From the human T2T-CHM13v2.0 reference genome, Homo sapiens, in the NCBI RefSeq assembly GCF_009914755.1, contig NC_060947.1: DNA of 64,000 bases; one strand, given 5' to 3'. The notes beneath the pieces are model-generated. The model did no database searches and was not told the DNA's origin. It saw only the letters and a program-made list of their open reading frames with translations. A program made the position numbers and the translations under genes. Within the stretch, counting starts at the first letter, position 1, and the number at the start of each line of letters is the position of its first letter. Shown here piece after piece: positions 30,553 through 47,451 of the stretch.

Positions 30553-32246
30553 ATCAGGAGACAAAATGGGGTAAAAAACTTCTTTTTCAATTTGTGTACT
30601 AAACACAGTCTGAAAATGCACACAGCTCACATGCAGGCAGACAATAGAGTAGTTATTTTTCACATGCAATCAGCACAGGATGTCTTCCTGACAGTTTAAT
30701 TAGAGTTCACTGAACCCTCCTACCTATAACTGACCAATAAGGAGCTTATGCAAGATGATTTAAGTAGAATATGAAAGTTATTTTTAAAAAGGCTATGAGT
30801 GGTACAATGGCAAGGAATATCTTAGAATAAAATGTCTGGGGGGTATATTTTAAACATTTATATTTCCCTTTCTTTTAACTTGGAAGTCTTTATTTTCATT
30901 TTCAAATACATTCACTCACTAGAATATTTTATGTTTCAATTTTGTAGGTATGATGCTTATGTTGGACAAGCAAATAATAAATCTAGTGTGAGTGGAAGGA
31001 AGTACCCCACCTCTATGCCCTCACTGAGAGGGCAGTGTCTTCCTTCTTGATTTCTAAAATATATGTTCTGAGATACCTATCAAACGTTGAATCTCTGAGG
31101 GTGCCCTTTTTAGCCCAACATGAGTTCTAGCATATTTGACTCTGAAGTAAACTCCAATTGAGCAGATCCTATCTGCCTAGGAGTTTCCATTATAGTAAAA
31201 TGTGTTTCTCCAGAAACATTTAGGATTGAGGATATAATAAAAATCATGCTTTAAAAAGTTTGGTTGCATTACTCTTATCATGTAAAAGCACAAATGATAA
31301 ATGTGTCTGCAGAAAAGACATACTTTTCTGTGTGCTTGTTGCATACTGGAAACAAAGTATGCTTGTTGGATACTAGAAGTTAAGTGATAAAGGCTGTTTT
31401 TGGTTTTTGTTTCTCCCTCTCATTTTTCACATTTCAAAGTGTTGTCCAGAACCACCTGCATCAGAATCACTTGAAGGTCATACTCTATCTCTGGGGATAA
31501 AATCTGCATGAACTACTTAGCTGATTTGAAAACCACTAGCCTTGAGCATATGGAATGTATATACTATATTGTCCCTAATTTCCCACAGCCACTGTTCTTC
31601 TCTATTCTTTTTCTTTCCCTATAGGAAAGATGAAAATATCCAGTGTAAAGTTACTTAAGCTAAATCAATTTCAAAGAAGAAAAACTTGGAGGACTCATTT
31701 TACCTGACTTCAAGACTTACTATAAAGCTATAGTAATCAAGATAGATGGTATTGGCAGAGGAACAGACACATACGTCAATGGAACAGATGAGAGAACCCA
31801 GAAATAAACCCATATAAATATGCTCAGCTGATTTTGAAAAAGTGAAAAAGCAATTCAATGGAGGAAGAATAGCCTTTCTGACAAATTATGCTAGAGCAAT
31901 TAGACACCCATGGCGAGGAGAAAAAAGAACCTCTACTTAAACCTCACATCTTATATAAAATTTAACTCAAAATGTATAACGGACTTAAATGTGATACATA
32001 AAACTAGATAACTTTGAAAAAAGCCACAGGAGAAAAATCTTCAGGATCTTGGGCTAGGTGACAAGTTCTTGGACTTTGCCCCGAAAGCACATCCATAAAA
32101 GACAAAATCTGATATATTGGACTTCTTCAAAATTTAAAAACTTGTGATTTAAGAAGAGGAAAAGATAAGCTACAGATTGAGATGAATTTGCAAACCATAT
32201 ATCTGATCAATTTGGAATATATAAAGTGTACTAAAAACTCAACTGA

Positions 32247-32541
<295 letters not shown>

Positions 32542-33448
32542 GGCCACAAAACTCAACAATAAAAACAAACAGTCCAATTAGAAAATGGGCAAAAGACATG
32601 AATAGATGTTTCACTGAAGAGGATCTATAGATGGCAAGTAAGCATATGAAAAGCTGTTAAACTCCATAAGTCATCAGGGAATGCAAATTGAAACCACAGC
32701 GAGGCTATGACTTACTTATCTCAATGGCTAAAGAAAAAATAGTGAAAATACCAAATACTGATGAGGATACAAACTGGATATTTTATACATTGCTGACAGG
32801 AATGTAAAATGGTACAGCCACTCTGGGAAAGAGTTTATGAATTTCTTATCAAGTTAAACATAATTTTTTAATCAAGTTAAACATAAGACCCAGCAGTTGT
32901 GCTCCTGGACATTCATTCCAGAGAAATGAAAACCTATATTGTACTTGTACTCAAATATTCATAGGAGCTTTATTTGTAATAGCCCCAAACTGGAAACAAC
33001 CCAGATGTCCTACAACAGGTACATGGTTAAACAAACCATCCATAACTTGGAATACTGCTCTGGAATGAAAAGGAACTAACTGTTGATACAAGAACTTGGT
33101 TGTACCTCAGGGGTATTATGGTGAACAAAAAAAAAACCAGTCTCAAATGGTCACATACTGTATGATCGCATTTATATAACATTCTTGAGGTGACAAAATT
33201 ATTGAAATGAAGAACAGATTAATGGTTGCCAGGGATAGGGACTGGAGGGGGTGTGGGGTATGTATGACTATAAAGGGATGACGCAAGGAGTTCCTTTGTG
33301 CTGATGGAACAGTTCTATATGATTATGATGATTACGATGTTGATTATAACATTTGATTATGAGGTTAAGCACATGAATCTTTACCTGTGCTGAAGTTGTA
33401 TGGACCTACATACACACAAATGAATGCATGTAAAATCTGGTGATACTG

Positions 33449-33454
33449 AATAAA
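33449..33454 (+). terminator. Probable BRCC3 polyadenylation signal AATAAA
   Basis: Canonical hexamer followed by GT/T-rich sequence. An upstream AATAAA near 32558 is an alternative candidate. Confidence 0.55.
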
Positions 33455-34317
33455 GTCTGTAGTCTAGATAGCAGTATAATATTATTGTCAATGTCTTGGA
33501 TGTGAAGTTGTGCTATAGTTACAAAACCGTACCACTGGAGGAAACTGGGTAATGGATACATGGGACTCTGTACTATTTTTGCAACTTCCTATAAGTATAT
33601 AATTATTGCAAAATGAAAAGTTGTAAGTTTTAAGTAAGGAACTGGGACGTATGGTACCTATTTTATGAAATAAGAAAAGGGTGCTAGAAAATTTGAGGGG
33701 AATAAAACGATTGGAATATTTTTACATGCCAACCTTTAGCACAAGTCCTTTTCCCTTTCTGGGTTTCATTTTCTTTAGGTATAGAATGAGATTAGAGTAG
33801 TTGACCACCAAGGTTTCTTTTAGCTCAGTGTCCAGTCTTTAAAAGTGTTGAGCATCACAAGAAACAGTGGTGTGAACAGGATGTATCATTATTTTCCCAG
33901 CTGCACCAATCTGGCTTACCTTTACACAACCCTGTATCCCCTTATGAACACTAGATTCTCTATTCTCAATCACATCCAAGACTCTCATGGTAACTGTATA
34001 TACTTGTTCTCTCTGTTTTCTTATCTCCTATAATTTCAACTCATTGCCTTGTGACCTCTGTCCACAGCACTTCATTGAAACTACTCCTGCCAAAGTCACC
34101 AATGAGCTCCATACAGTGAAAGTCAATAGTTGCTTTTCCCATCCTTGATGAACCTCTCAGTATTGACACAGTTGGTCACTCCTCCTTGAAATCTACTTCC
34201 TTGGTTTCTCTTATTTTCTTCTCTGGCTATCCTTCCTGCTATCCTTTTCTTCTCTAGCTGTTCCTTCTCAAATTCATTCATAGACTTCTCTATCTTTGCA
34301 TACCTATATGCAGTTGA

Positions 34318-34695
<378 letters not shown>

Positions 34696-34992
34696 TAATA
34701 TATCTAAATCTGAAATCATGGTTTTCAATCTAAACTATATTCCCTTCCAACATTTCTTACCTCAGTGAATAGTGAATGTAACATCCATTTGCACAAACCA
34801 GAAACCAAATAGACATTCTTAACATCTCTCTCCATCACCTTCTAAACTATTTATATTGATAAAGTTACAGCGATTTGAAATTCTTTTTCTAGCCTAGTAA
34901 TCTGAGTAATTTGTAGGATAAACATGTTGGGGGAGGGGCAGGTACATGGAGGTGTCAAAGTGCCTGATGGCTGAGGAAGCAGGCTGGGATTA

Positions 34993-35830
<838 letters not shown>

Positions 35831-35879
35831 TTATGAGCACAGCTAGCACCAAGATGCTGATTTCCAAACCCTCCACTAA

Positions 35880-37000
35880 AAATGGAATTGAATTGACAGT
35901 CCAGAAATAAGCCCACACATCTACAGTCAACTGATTTTCAACAAGGGTGCCAAGACTATGGGAGAGAATAGTCTTCAACAACTGGCGAATGGACAAGTGG
36001 ATATCCACGTGCAAAATAATGAAGTTGGACTGAGATCCCACACGATAAATGAATATTAACTCCAAACGTATTGAAGACTTAAATTCAAGAGCTTAAACAA
36101 TAAAAACTTTATAAGAAAACAGTAGTAAATCTTTACGATCTTGGTTTTTACAATGGATTCTTAGATATGACACCAAAGTACAAGCAACAAATAAAAAATA
36201 GATAAATTGGAATTTATGGAAGTTAGAAAATTTTGTGCATCCAAAGACATGATCAAAAAGTGAAAACTCAGGACAATGGCAGAAAATATTTGCAAATCCT
36301 ATGTATAAGAGTCTAGTATGCAAAATATATAAAGAACACTGAAAACAACAAAAACCAAACAGCACAATTCAAAAATGGGCAAAGGACCTAAATAGAAATT
36401 TTCCAAAGAAGACCTACAAATTGCGAAGAAGCACATGAAAAGATGCTTGACGTTACTAGTCACCAGAGAAATAAAAATCATGAGATATGACTTTATACTA
36501 ACCAGAATAAAAATGTAAGAGAATAACAAGTGTTGGTGAGGCTGTGGAGAAATTGGAACTCTTGTACACTACAGGTAGGAATATAAAATGGTGTAGACAA
36601 TTTGGAAAACTGGCTGATGGCTCCTCCAAAACTTAAACACAGAATTACCATAAGACCTAGCAAGGGCATTTCTAGGTGTATATCCCACAGAACTGAAGAC
36701 AGAAATTTAAACAAAAACTAGACAACCCAAATGTCTATCAACCAATGAATGGGTAAACAAAATGCAGTCTGTTCTTCAATGGAATATTATTTGGCCATAA
36801 AAAGGAATGAGGGGTAGGAGGGAGCAGGGATAGAGGGTTGATGGCTAAGAGGGATGAGGTTTCTTTTTGAGGTGATGAAAATATTCTAAGTTGACTGCAG
36901 TGATGGTTGTACAGCTCTATGACTATACTAAAAGTCATTAAATTGTTCACTTTAAATGGGTGAATTGTGTATAAATTATGTCTCCATAAAGCTGTTTATT
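35880..37000 (+). mobile_element. L1MB 3' portion
   Basis: ORF2 C-terminal and 3'UTR motifs (cactttaaatgggtgaattg...aaagctgtt). Confidence 0.78.
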
Positions 37001-37419
37001 TTTTTAAAAGACACACAAAAGAAGAAACTTTCCTGCAGCTCCAGCTGACCTTGCAGGCTGGCCTCTTCCGCTCTGACCTGTGCTCCCTAAGCTCCCTGCG
37101 AAGGAGATAAAATGAGCTCCTGGTCTGCAACAGCTATTGGTTATTGTAATGTCTGCTTTTGTTTAAAAAGAAAAAAAGACCCAACTCCTTATACAGTTTG
37201 AATTGTATATATTTGGGGATCTCTGAGTTTCCTGTATCTGGATGTCTAAATCTCTTACTAGACTTAGGAAGTTTTCAGCAAGATGACTGGATGATCATGT
37301 TTCAGCCTCTGTGAGACAAACATTACAGCAGCAGATGGCACAAGACCCAGGAGCCTGAGGATGAACATCACTGGAATCCACACACTCATCAGATCTGTGC
37401 TTCCCAGGCAGCAGGCACC

Positions 37420-37592
37420 AGTTCCCCCTTTGCCTTCCACCATGATTGTAAGCCTCCTGAGGCCTTCATCAGATGCAGATGCTGATGCCATGTTTTCTGT
37501 ACAGCCTGCAGAACTGTGAGCCATTTAAACCTCTTTATAAATTACCCACCCTCAGGTATTCCTTTATAGCAATGCAAAAATGGACTAATACA
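37420..37592 (+). mobile_element. MST-family LTR 3' fragment
   Basis: cagcctgcagaactgtgagcc...gcaatgcaaaaatggactaataca. Confidence 0.82.
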
Positions 37593-37739
37593 CAATTTAG
37601 GAGCAAGGTGTAGGTAAGACAAGGAAAGGACTGGAAAAGGGTGAAGTGACTGCTGTAAGGACTGGTAACATCAATCACATGGCTGTGAAAGGAGGGCAAC
37701 AGTCCTGACTGGTGGAGAGAGCACACTTTAAACTCTGTG

Positions 37740-38885
37740 AAGGCAGAGGAGGGGCTGCTAACATCTCAGCTACTTGTCTGCAGAGCCTCTGGACAATTTA
37801 GCCCAGACTGCCACCACCACTTTCAACTCAATGGCTGGCCAACAAATCTTAATCTAAGGACTCTCAGAAACTTCCCAGGAACTGCTGACTCAAGTAGTTA
37901 ACAGCCTCCATTCAGAACGATAGAATGAGATTAACTTTCTGGAAACTAACAAAACTCTTTTGTACAAGAGCTTAATAGAATTGGACCCTGATCCCAACTC
38001 AACACAATGGCACTGCTGAGGTCACTACAACTTCTTACATGAAAAGAAGCTACCTATACTAGCTTGCCACACACAAAGTGGTCTATTGTCTCTAATGTAC
38101 ATGGTAATGGGACAATAACACATTACCCAGGACTTCCTGCTGGTCAGTCAAGGCAGGATATGTGCAACTGTCAGCATCCCTTACTGCACCTGGGTTAATG
38201 AAATATTTAACTGGCTTGGCTCCAGTTGGGGAGCCTAGCTGCAGTGTGTATCCTCCAAGTGGGCCTAATTAGAGACTCATTCTTGTATATGTTGCCCAAA
38301 ACAATCAGAATGTATTTGGTTAAGGCCCCTATAAGCACAGTTAATTAGAGTAATTTGATGGGGTGGCCTATGCTCCTGAGAATTCTTAGCTAGCTATTTG
38401 AAAAGTGAGGGATGGAGCTGTAGAGAGTGGATCTGCCATGGTGCCCTTGTGACCTGGCATGCATATATCTATGCAAGCTAGGCTTGAATTGCAACTTATC
38501 TGAGTCTTGGCAGGATGTATCATGATCCTCCCAGAACACAAGAGGATGGGAGGGTGGTGAGGTGCTGTTTCAAGGCTATCTCTAACCTCCTAATCTCTCC
38601 TGGGAGGCTGCCACTGAGACAGACAGTTTCTCATCTGAGTACTATTGAGGTCTGAGGCTATCTGCTCTGCCCCACTCAGGGTATAGCTACAGAATATAAA
38701 ACTGCTAGCTGCAGTCTAAAAGGGGCTCCTCAGCAAGGGAGTGTCCCATAACTGGTGCAGCAAACATGCAGGCCTTGTTTCAGAAGTCCTGTTTGGTGCA
38801 GGGAACAAGGACATGGGGAGCTGGCACCTTTGGCCCATCTTCCTCTTGCTGTCTATGTAGGTAATAAACTGAATCTTAAAAGGAC
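37740..38885 (+). mobile_element. ERV 3' remnant: degenerate env TM region, polypurine tract and 3' LTR (from 38419; MER54/MER74-like, uncertain)
   Basis: 38119-38202 reads HITQDFLLVSQGRICATVSIPYCTWVNE. Purine run gaaaagtgagggatggag precedes TGTAG. TATAAA near 38695 and AATAAA at 38863. Confidence 0.7.
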
Positions 38886-39559
38886 ATGTCATTACTTTAG
38901 AAGCCAAATCAATCACTCTTGGGCTTGGCCTTTTTTTGACAATGTGGTAGTTATGTACAAGAGTGTCTTTGTTTTTGAGAATTGTACACTGGAGTGTTTA
39001 GGACTGATGGAACATGTCTGCAACTTGGTCTCAAATGGTTAAGAAAAAGCCATATGATAATGGTGGTACACACATGCACGCATGCATGCTGCAGAAATGT
39101 GAAGTGTTACCAATTGAACAATCTGGATGAAGTGAACATGGGAGTTCTTTGTACTATTCCTCCAACTTTTTGGTAAGTTTATAACAAGTTACTTTTTAAA
39201 ATCTACTGAGCTTAAGGCCAGGGGGAAGTCTTATTTTTCACTTTGAACTCTTCTGTAAATTGTGTTTTGAATTTCTACAATGAGTATGTATTACTTTCTT
39301 AATACAAAATTAAAGTGTCCGATTTTTAAAATCACAAAAGTAATATAATAAAGGAAACTTGAAAAATGTGAAGAGAAACCTATAATTTCCTCAAAATAAC
39401 TCATTTTTGGTAGTCCTTTTGGTCTTCTCTTTCTTATTTCTGTTATTCATTTCTAGTATTAATGCATCTTATAGTTTTGCATGTGGATTTCTTCATTTAA
39501 CATAATTCTAAAACTTTAATATGTTGTATAGGTTTTATAATTTTAGTGCCTGTAGTCCC

Positions 39560-42500
39560 AGCTACATGATTCACTAAACAACAACAGCAAACCCTGGGGA
39601 GAGGGACATCTGATTTCCAGAGCCACCACATTATAACATCAAAATGTCCAGTTTTAAACAAAAAAGTATGAGGCATGCAAGGAAACAAAGTACGGCCCAC
39701 TGACAGGAAAAAAAAGTTTATAAAAACTGTCCCAGACAAAGCCCAGGTCTTGGACTTACTAGACAATTTAAATCAACAGTTGTAAATATGCTCAAAGAAC
39801 AAAAGGAAACCATGAATAAACAATTAAATCAGGAAAATGATATCTCGCCAAATAGAGATAACAAAGATAAAATTTTTAAAAGGAACAAAATAGAAATTCA
39901 GGAGCTAAAAACTATAATAACTGAAATGAATAATTCATGAGAGAGACTTAACAGCAGATTTGAGCAGGCAGAAGAAAGAATCAGTAAACTTGAAGATAGG
40001 TCAATTATCAGAGACCCAAGTATCAAAAAGAAAAAAGAATGAAGAAAAACAAACAGATCCTCAGAGACCTGTGGGACACCATCAAGCTTAACAATGCACC
40101 CACAATGGGAGTTCTAGCTAAAGAAAGAAGGGGCATAAAGAAGTAATGGCCAAAAACTCCCCAGATTTGATGAAATCTATGAATCTACATATTCAAGAAA
40201 CTCTAAGTATTTTGAGAGGGATAAACCCACACCTAGACACTTCATAGTCAAAATGTCTAAAGCCAATGACAGAGTCTTGGAAGCAGCAAGAGAAATGACT
40301 TATCACATACAACTGAACGTCAATAATATTGACAGCCAAATTGTTGTCAGAAATCATAGAGGCCAGAAGGCAGTGGGATGACATATTCAAAGTGCTGAAA
40401 GAAAAAGTGTCAGTGAAGAATTATATGTCCAGCAAAATTATCCTACAAAAATGAAGTAAAATAATGACATCCCCTTACCAGTGGATCTGTTGGATTGAAT
40501 TAAAAAAAAGAAAAAATAATGACATTCCCAGAAAGAAAAACAAGAGACTGCCATTGCAGACCTATCTTAGAAGAAATACTAGAGAGAGTTATTCAGGCTG
40601 AAATGAAAGGACAGTAGACTGTAACTCAGATTCACATAAAGAAATAAATATCATTGGTAAAGGTAACTACATAGATAAATATAAGACATGGTATGTTGTA
40701 TTTTTGTGACGCTTTTTTCTTCTACTTAATTTAGAAGACAGCTGCATAAAGCAATAATTCTAGGATGTGTTGATCGGCATATAATGTAAAAAATATATAA
40801 TATGTATGACAATAATAGCCCAAAAGAGAGGAGAATAGAGCCATGTTGGAGCAAATTTTTTTAATATGGTTGAAATTAAATTGGTATTTATTAAAACCAG
40901 ATGATTTTAAGTTAAGATGTTAATTGTAATCACCAGGGCAACCACTAAGGAAATAATTTAAAAATATAGTAAAGAAACAAGAATTAAGATGGCATACTAG
41001 AAAATATGTAACACAAAAGAAGGCAGTAATGGAGAAATAGAAGATCAAAAGACACAGGTATATAGAAAACAAAGAGCAAAATGACAGGCATAAATCATCG
41101 CTTATCAGTAATTAGATATAAATGAATGAGTGAGATTATTAGAATACACACAAAAAAATCCTATTATATGCTGTTCACAGGATACAGACTTTAAATTCAA
41201 AGATACAAATAAAGTTAAGATGATGGGAAAAGATATATCATGCAAACAGCAACCATAACAGCTGGAACAGCTAAACTAATATCAGACAAAATAGATTTTT
41301 TAAAATGTTAGAGACAAATAGGGGCATTTTATAAAGTTACAATGGTCAATCCACCAGGAAGATGATATAAGCATATAGGCACATAACAACAGAGCCTAAG
41401 ATACATGAAGCAAAACCTGACAGCATCAAAGCAGAAATAGAAAATTCAACAATGACTGTTGGAGACTTCAATACACCACTTTCAATAGTGGATAGAACAA
41501 CTAGGTAGATGATAAACAAGGAAATAGAAGAACTGAATAACATTATCAACCAAGAAGACCTAACAGACAACTTACTTATAAGACACTTAATCCAACAATA
41601 GCAGCAGAATATACATACTCCTCAACTAAACATGAAGAATTATCTAAGTTAGATCATATGTTAGGCCACAAAACGAGTTTCAATAAATTTAAAGGACTGA
41701 AATTATACAATGTATGTTCTCTCTCCACAATGGAATAAAATTAGAAATCAATAACAGAAGAAAATTTGGGAAATTCACCAAGTTATGGAAATTAAACAAT
41801 AAATTCCTAAATACCCATTGGGTCAAAGAAGAAATCATAAGGGAAAATAGAAAATACTTTGAGATAAATGAAAAAAAAAAACCAAAACTTATGCAATGAA
41901 AGCAGCGCTTGGGGGAAATTTATATCTATAAATGCCTACAGTAAAAAAGAGAAAGGATTTCAAATTAATAACCCAACTTCTCAGCTTAAGGAACTGAAAA
42001 AAAGCAAATTAATTCCAAAGCTAGCAGAGGGAAGGATATAATAAAGGTTAGGGTGGTAACAAATGACAGGGAACAGGAAAACAATAGAGAAAAATCAATA
42101 AAACCAAAAGTTGGTTTGCTGAAAAGATCAACAAAACTGACAATCCTATAGCTAGACTGACTATGAATAAAAGATTCAAATTTCTAAAATTGGGAATGAA
42201 ATAGGAGACAATACTACAAACCTTACAAAAAGAAAACGGGAATTATATCCAAAGGGGCAAAGCAAGATGGTAGAATAGAAGCCTATGCCATTCATCCTCC
42301 CTCCCCACACAGAAACACGAAATTTTAACAATTATCTGCACACACAAAAGCATCGTCACAAGAACCAAAAATCAGGTAAGCAATCACAGTACCTGGTTTT
42401 AACTTAATATTTCTGAGAGTCATTGAAGAGGATAGGAGAGACAGTCTTGACTCACAGACAGCACCCCTCCTCCATCTCCTGGTAGCGACCATGCATTTGC

Positions 42501-44775
42501 AGGTAGGGAGCATATGGACCAGACCTAACCAGAGGGGAATTGCCCTTCCCAGTGGTCAGACCTTAAGTTTTTGCAGGCCTCGCCACCATGGGCCAAAGTG
42601 CTCTGGGGTTCTAGGTAAATTTGGAAGGCAGTCTAGGACACAAGGACTGCAATTCCCAGGTGAGTCCTAGTGCTGAGCTGTGGACTAGGGTGGCACATGA
42701 CCTAGTGAGACACATACCTAATGGAGTGCTTGCAGTACCCCTCCCTCAACACCAAGCAGTGCAGCTAGCATCAAGGAAATGTTTAAGGAGAGAAGAGTAA
42801 AGAGGACTTTGTCTTGCATCTTGGATACCAGCTCAGCCACAGTAGGATAGAGCACTGGGCAGTCATGAGGCCCCCATTCCAGGCCCTAGCTCATGGACAA
42901 CATTTCTAGACACACCCTGGGCTAAGAAGGAACCCACTGTCTTGAAGGGAAGAATCCAGTTTTGGCAGGATTCGTCACCTGCTGACTAAAGAGCCCTTGA
43001 GCTTTGAATAACCAGCAGCAATACCTAGGGAATATACTGTGGGCCTTGGGCTCTGAGATGTGCTGTCTTCAAGTAAGACTCAGCACATTCCCAGCTGTGG
43101 TGGCTACAATGAGAGGCTCCTGTTTGAGAAAAGCAGAGGAAAAAGTAAAGGGAACTTTGTCTTGCTCCTTAGGTACCAGCTCAGCTACAATGTGGTAGAA
43201 CAATGAGGAGGCTCTTGGACAGCATTTCTGGACCTGCTCTGGGCCAGAGGGGAGCCCCCTGCCCTGAAGGGTGAGTCCCAGACCTGGCAGCATTCACCAC
43301 AAGCTGAATGAAGAGCCCTGGAGCTTTAAGTGAATGTTGGAAATGGCCTGGAAGAGCCCCCCAAGGGACAGGGTTGGTCGTGGCCACAGGGAGAGGCACC
43401 TCTGCCTGTGGAAGGGGGAGGGAAGAGTGGGAAGTACTTCGTCTTGTGGTTTAAGTGCCAGCTAAACCACAGTAGAACAGAGCATCAGGTAAATTTCTAA
43501 GATTTTTTTATTCTAATCCCTGGGTTATTACCCTGATACCAAAACCAGACAAAGATACATTAAGAAAACTATAGGCCAGTATCTCTGATGAATATTGATG
43601 CAAAAATCCTCAATAAAATACTAACAAACTGAATTCAACAATTCAGTTTATATTACAATAAATTAGATAACATAGATGAAGTAGACAAATTTTTAGAAAA
43701 ACAAAAACCACCAAAGCTGACCTACCAATAAACAAAAAATCTGAATAAACTTATGAGAAGTAAAGAGATTGAATTACTGGTTTTAAAACTTTCCACCAGT
43801 AAAAGCCCAGGACCAGATGGCTTCACTGGTGAATTCTGCCAAACATTTGAATTCATATACCAGTTCAGAATTAACAGCAGTTCTTTACAAGCTCTTCAAA
43901 AACAGAAGAGGAAATACTTCTCAACTCATTCTATGAGAACAATACTACCCTGATACCAAAACCAGACAAAGACATCATATGGAAAGAAAACTAGACACCA
44001 ATAATTCTTTATGAATATAGATGTAAAATTCCTCAACAAAATCCTAGGAAACCTAATCCAGCAACATATAAAAAGAATGAGGCCCCATTACCATGTGACA
44101 ATTTTCCTAAGAGTGCATGGACAGTTCAACATACAAGAATCAATCGATATAATACACCAGATTAAATGAGTAAAGGACTAAAACTGCATGATCATCTCAA
44201 CAGGTGCAGGATAAGCATTTGACATAAGCCAACACGTTTTCATGAGAAAAAGACTCAACAAACTACAAAGAGGAAGGAACTTCCCCAACCTGATAAAGGC
44301 CATATATGAATAACCCACAGCTAATATCATACTTAATGGTGAAAGACTGAATTATTTCTGCATAAGATCAGAATCAAGACAAGGATGCTGTTTCCTGCCA
44401 CTTTAATATTGTACTAGAGATTCTAGCCAGGGCAGTTGAGGGCAGGGGAAGACACCCAAATTGGAAAGGAGATGTAAAACTGTATCTATTTGCAAATGGC
44501 TTGATATTATATAGGGAGAACCCTAAAGAATGCATGCACACACACACACAAAACCTATTAGAGCTAATAAATGAGCTCTTCAAAGCTGCAGAGTTTGGGC
44601 AGGGTTGCTAGCTGCTCTGGTACTGGAAACCCAATTTAGCTGGGGGTTGTCAAAACAAATGGGTACGGGGTTTCTTTTGCAAGTGGTGGAAAGGTTGTAG
44701 ATTGATCTTGGTGATAGTTGCACAACTCTATGAATATACTAAAAACTACTGAATTTTACACGAAATGAGGGAAAA
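39560..44775 (+). mobile_element. Long degenerate L1M (ORF1, EN and RT remnants) with a nested L1 5'UTR-type piece (about 42253-43520)
   Basis: HNGIKLEINNRR and KSPGPDGFTGEFCQTF; nested gcaagatggtagaatagaagcct is typical of an L1 5' start. Confidence 0.82.
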
Positions 44776-44777
44776 GT

Positions 44778-45165
44778 TGTAGTGTGGTGGGCCCCCCACC
44801 ATGTTACTTAAGAGTGTATGTCCACGGCTTGAAACTTCAAGGCTTGGCGGTGAGCCAAGGCCATGGTGCCCAGCCTAGGAGCAGGTGTCCTTGAGAACCC
44901 AAACATCCTGGAATGGATCTGGGAACCCACTACAGCAAACAGTCTCATTGCACACAGTAGGCAAAGAGCCAGGAAATTAGCTTAAAAGCAGCTTAGAGAT
45001 GGGAGGCAGGGCAGATCTCTGGAGTTGTCCTGCTGCTGCCCAGGAGTGCCCTGTATGTAAGTCCTAATAAACTCCTAAGATGGACTTCTTTGGTACCTTG
45101 GCTCCTTCCCAGTTTGGGGGGCCCAGTTTGAGGGAATGTTACAGTGCCAGGCTTTTCTCATAACG
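44778..45165 (+). mobile_element. Solo ERV LTR (LTR47-like, uncertain)
   Basis: Starts with TG, GC-richer island, TTAAAA box near 44982 and AATAAA near 45066. Confidence 0.6.
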
Positions 45166-45536
45166 AAGATATATGTGAATTAAATATCAATAAAGCCATT
45201 TAAGAAAATATGCCTTAGAAAGATGTGATTTAAAAGTAATGTGTGTGCATGTCTAAACAAACTTCAACATTCCTTAAAGGAATACATGAACATACAACAC
45301 TCAACAAAGCAAAATGAACAGTATCTGGCATCCAATCAGCAATTACTAGGTATAGGAAGAAGCAGAAAAATGTGACCCATACACGAGACAAAAATAAGTC
45401 AATAGGAACAGGCCAAGAAATGCCCAAGATGATGGAATTAGCAAATATTTAAAAATAACCATTATAACTATTATAATATCCACAAGGGTTTAAAGGAGAA
45501 TGTTCATTCTTTTAAAATCTTTCATTACTCTCATTA

Positions 45537-46106
<570 letters not shown>

Positions 46107-46173
46107 TTAATTGGAACACTCCACTCAATAATAGAAGAATATACATCTTTTCAAGTTTACAAAGAACATTTAT

Positions 46174-46520
<347 letters not shown>

Positions 46521-47451
46521 TTAAAAGACCAAAGTCAGAAAAAGGTGTTTAGACAACAAAAGCAGTATTTAGCACTAAATGTCTATATTATAAAAGAAGC
46601 AATACATCAAGTCGGAAACCTAGCCTTCTACCTTAAGAAACCAGAAAATAAAGAGCAAAATAAACCCAAAGCAAGTAGAAGAAAGGAAATAATAAAAAGC
46701 ATAAGTTCATGAAATAGAAACAGAAAATAGAGAAATCCCATGGAACCAAAAGTTGGTTCTTTGAGATCAACACAATTAACTCTTTAGGCAGACCAATCAA
46801 GAGAAAAAAAGAACATACATTACCAATATGAAGAGTGAGAGAAGTAACATCGGTAAAGAGTCTACAGATATTAGAAGGATAATAAAGAAATACTATGAAC
46901 AACTCTATGGACTTGTGAATCTGGTGCTGCCTGAAGAGTAGGAAGACATGACCTCAAGCAGGCTGCAGCCCTGATAATGTGTGACTGAAGCTTCCCTAAC
47001 AATGCCATATCAAGAATTTCCAAGGTACTGTCATAGGATCACCTAACTTCCCAAGACCTGAAGATCTCGAGAGCTTTCATATGGAGTCCCCAACATGTCC
47101 CCGTTCCTCATAATATTCGTTAATGGTTGTTGTTTATTTTGTTACTGTGGCATGTACTATGCAAAGCGCCCTAGCTCCTCCAGAGATGCCCTGCCCCAAA
47201 CCTGGACTTGCCCTCAGAAACCAAGCAAGTGCGTGGTACCTGCCTTCTTGGGCCGGGCAGCCATCTTTCCCAGCATTCTTGCAGAGCCCGAGCTCCTCGC
47301 AAGTTCAAATCCCACCTCATAATGCTGGATGTCTGCGTCAGGCTGCATGAAGTAAGGTCGCCCGCTGAGGGCTCCCTGCAGGGTCAGGCATTTCTTCCGT
47401 CACCTGGGGCTCCTTGTCCAAAACCAGGGGTGCCGGTACCCTGCTCAGGGT

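Noticed and set aside
32848-32886. 16-bp direct repeat atcaagttaaacataa, two copies
   Set aside because: It is a trivial local duplication inside an L1 fossil.
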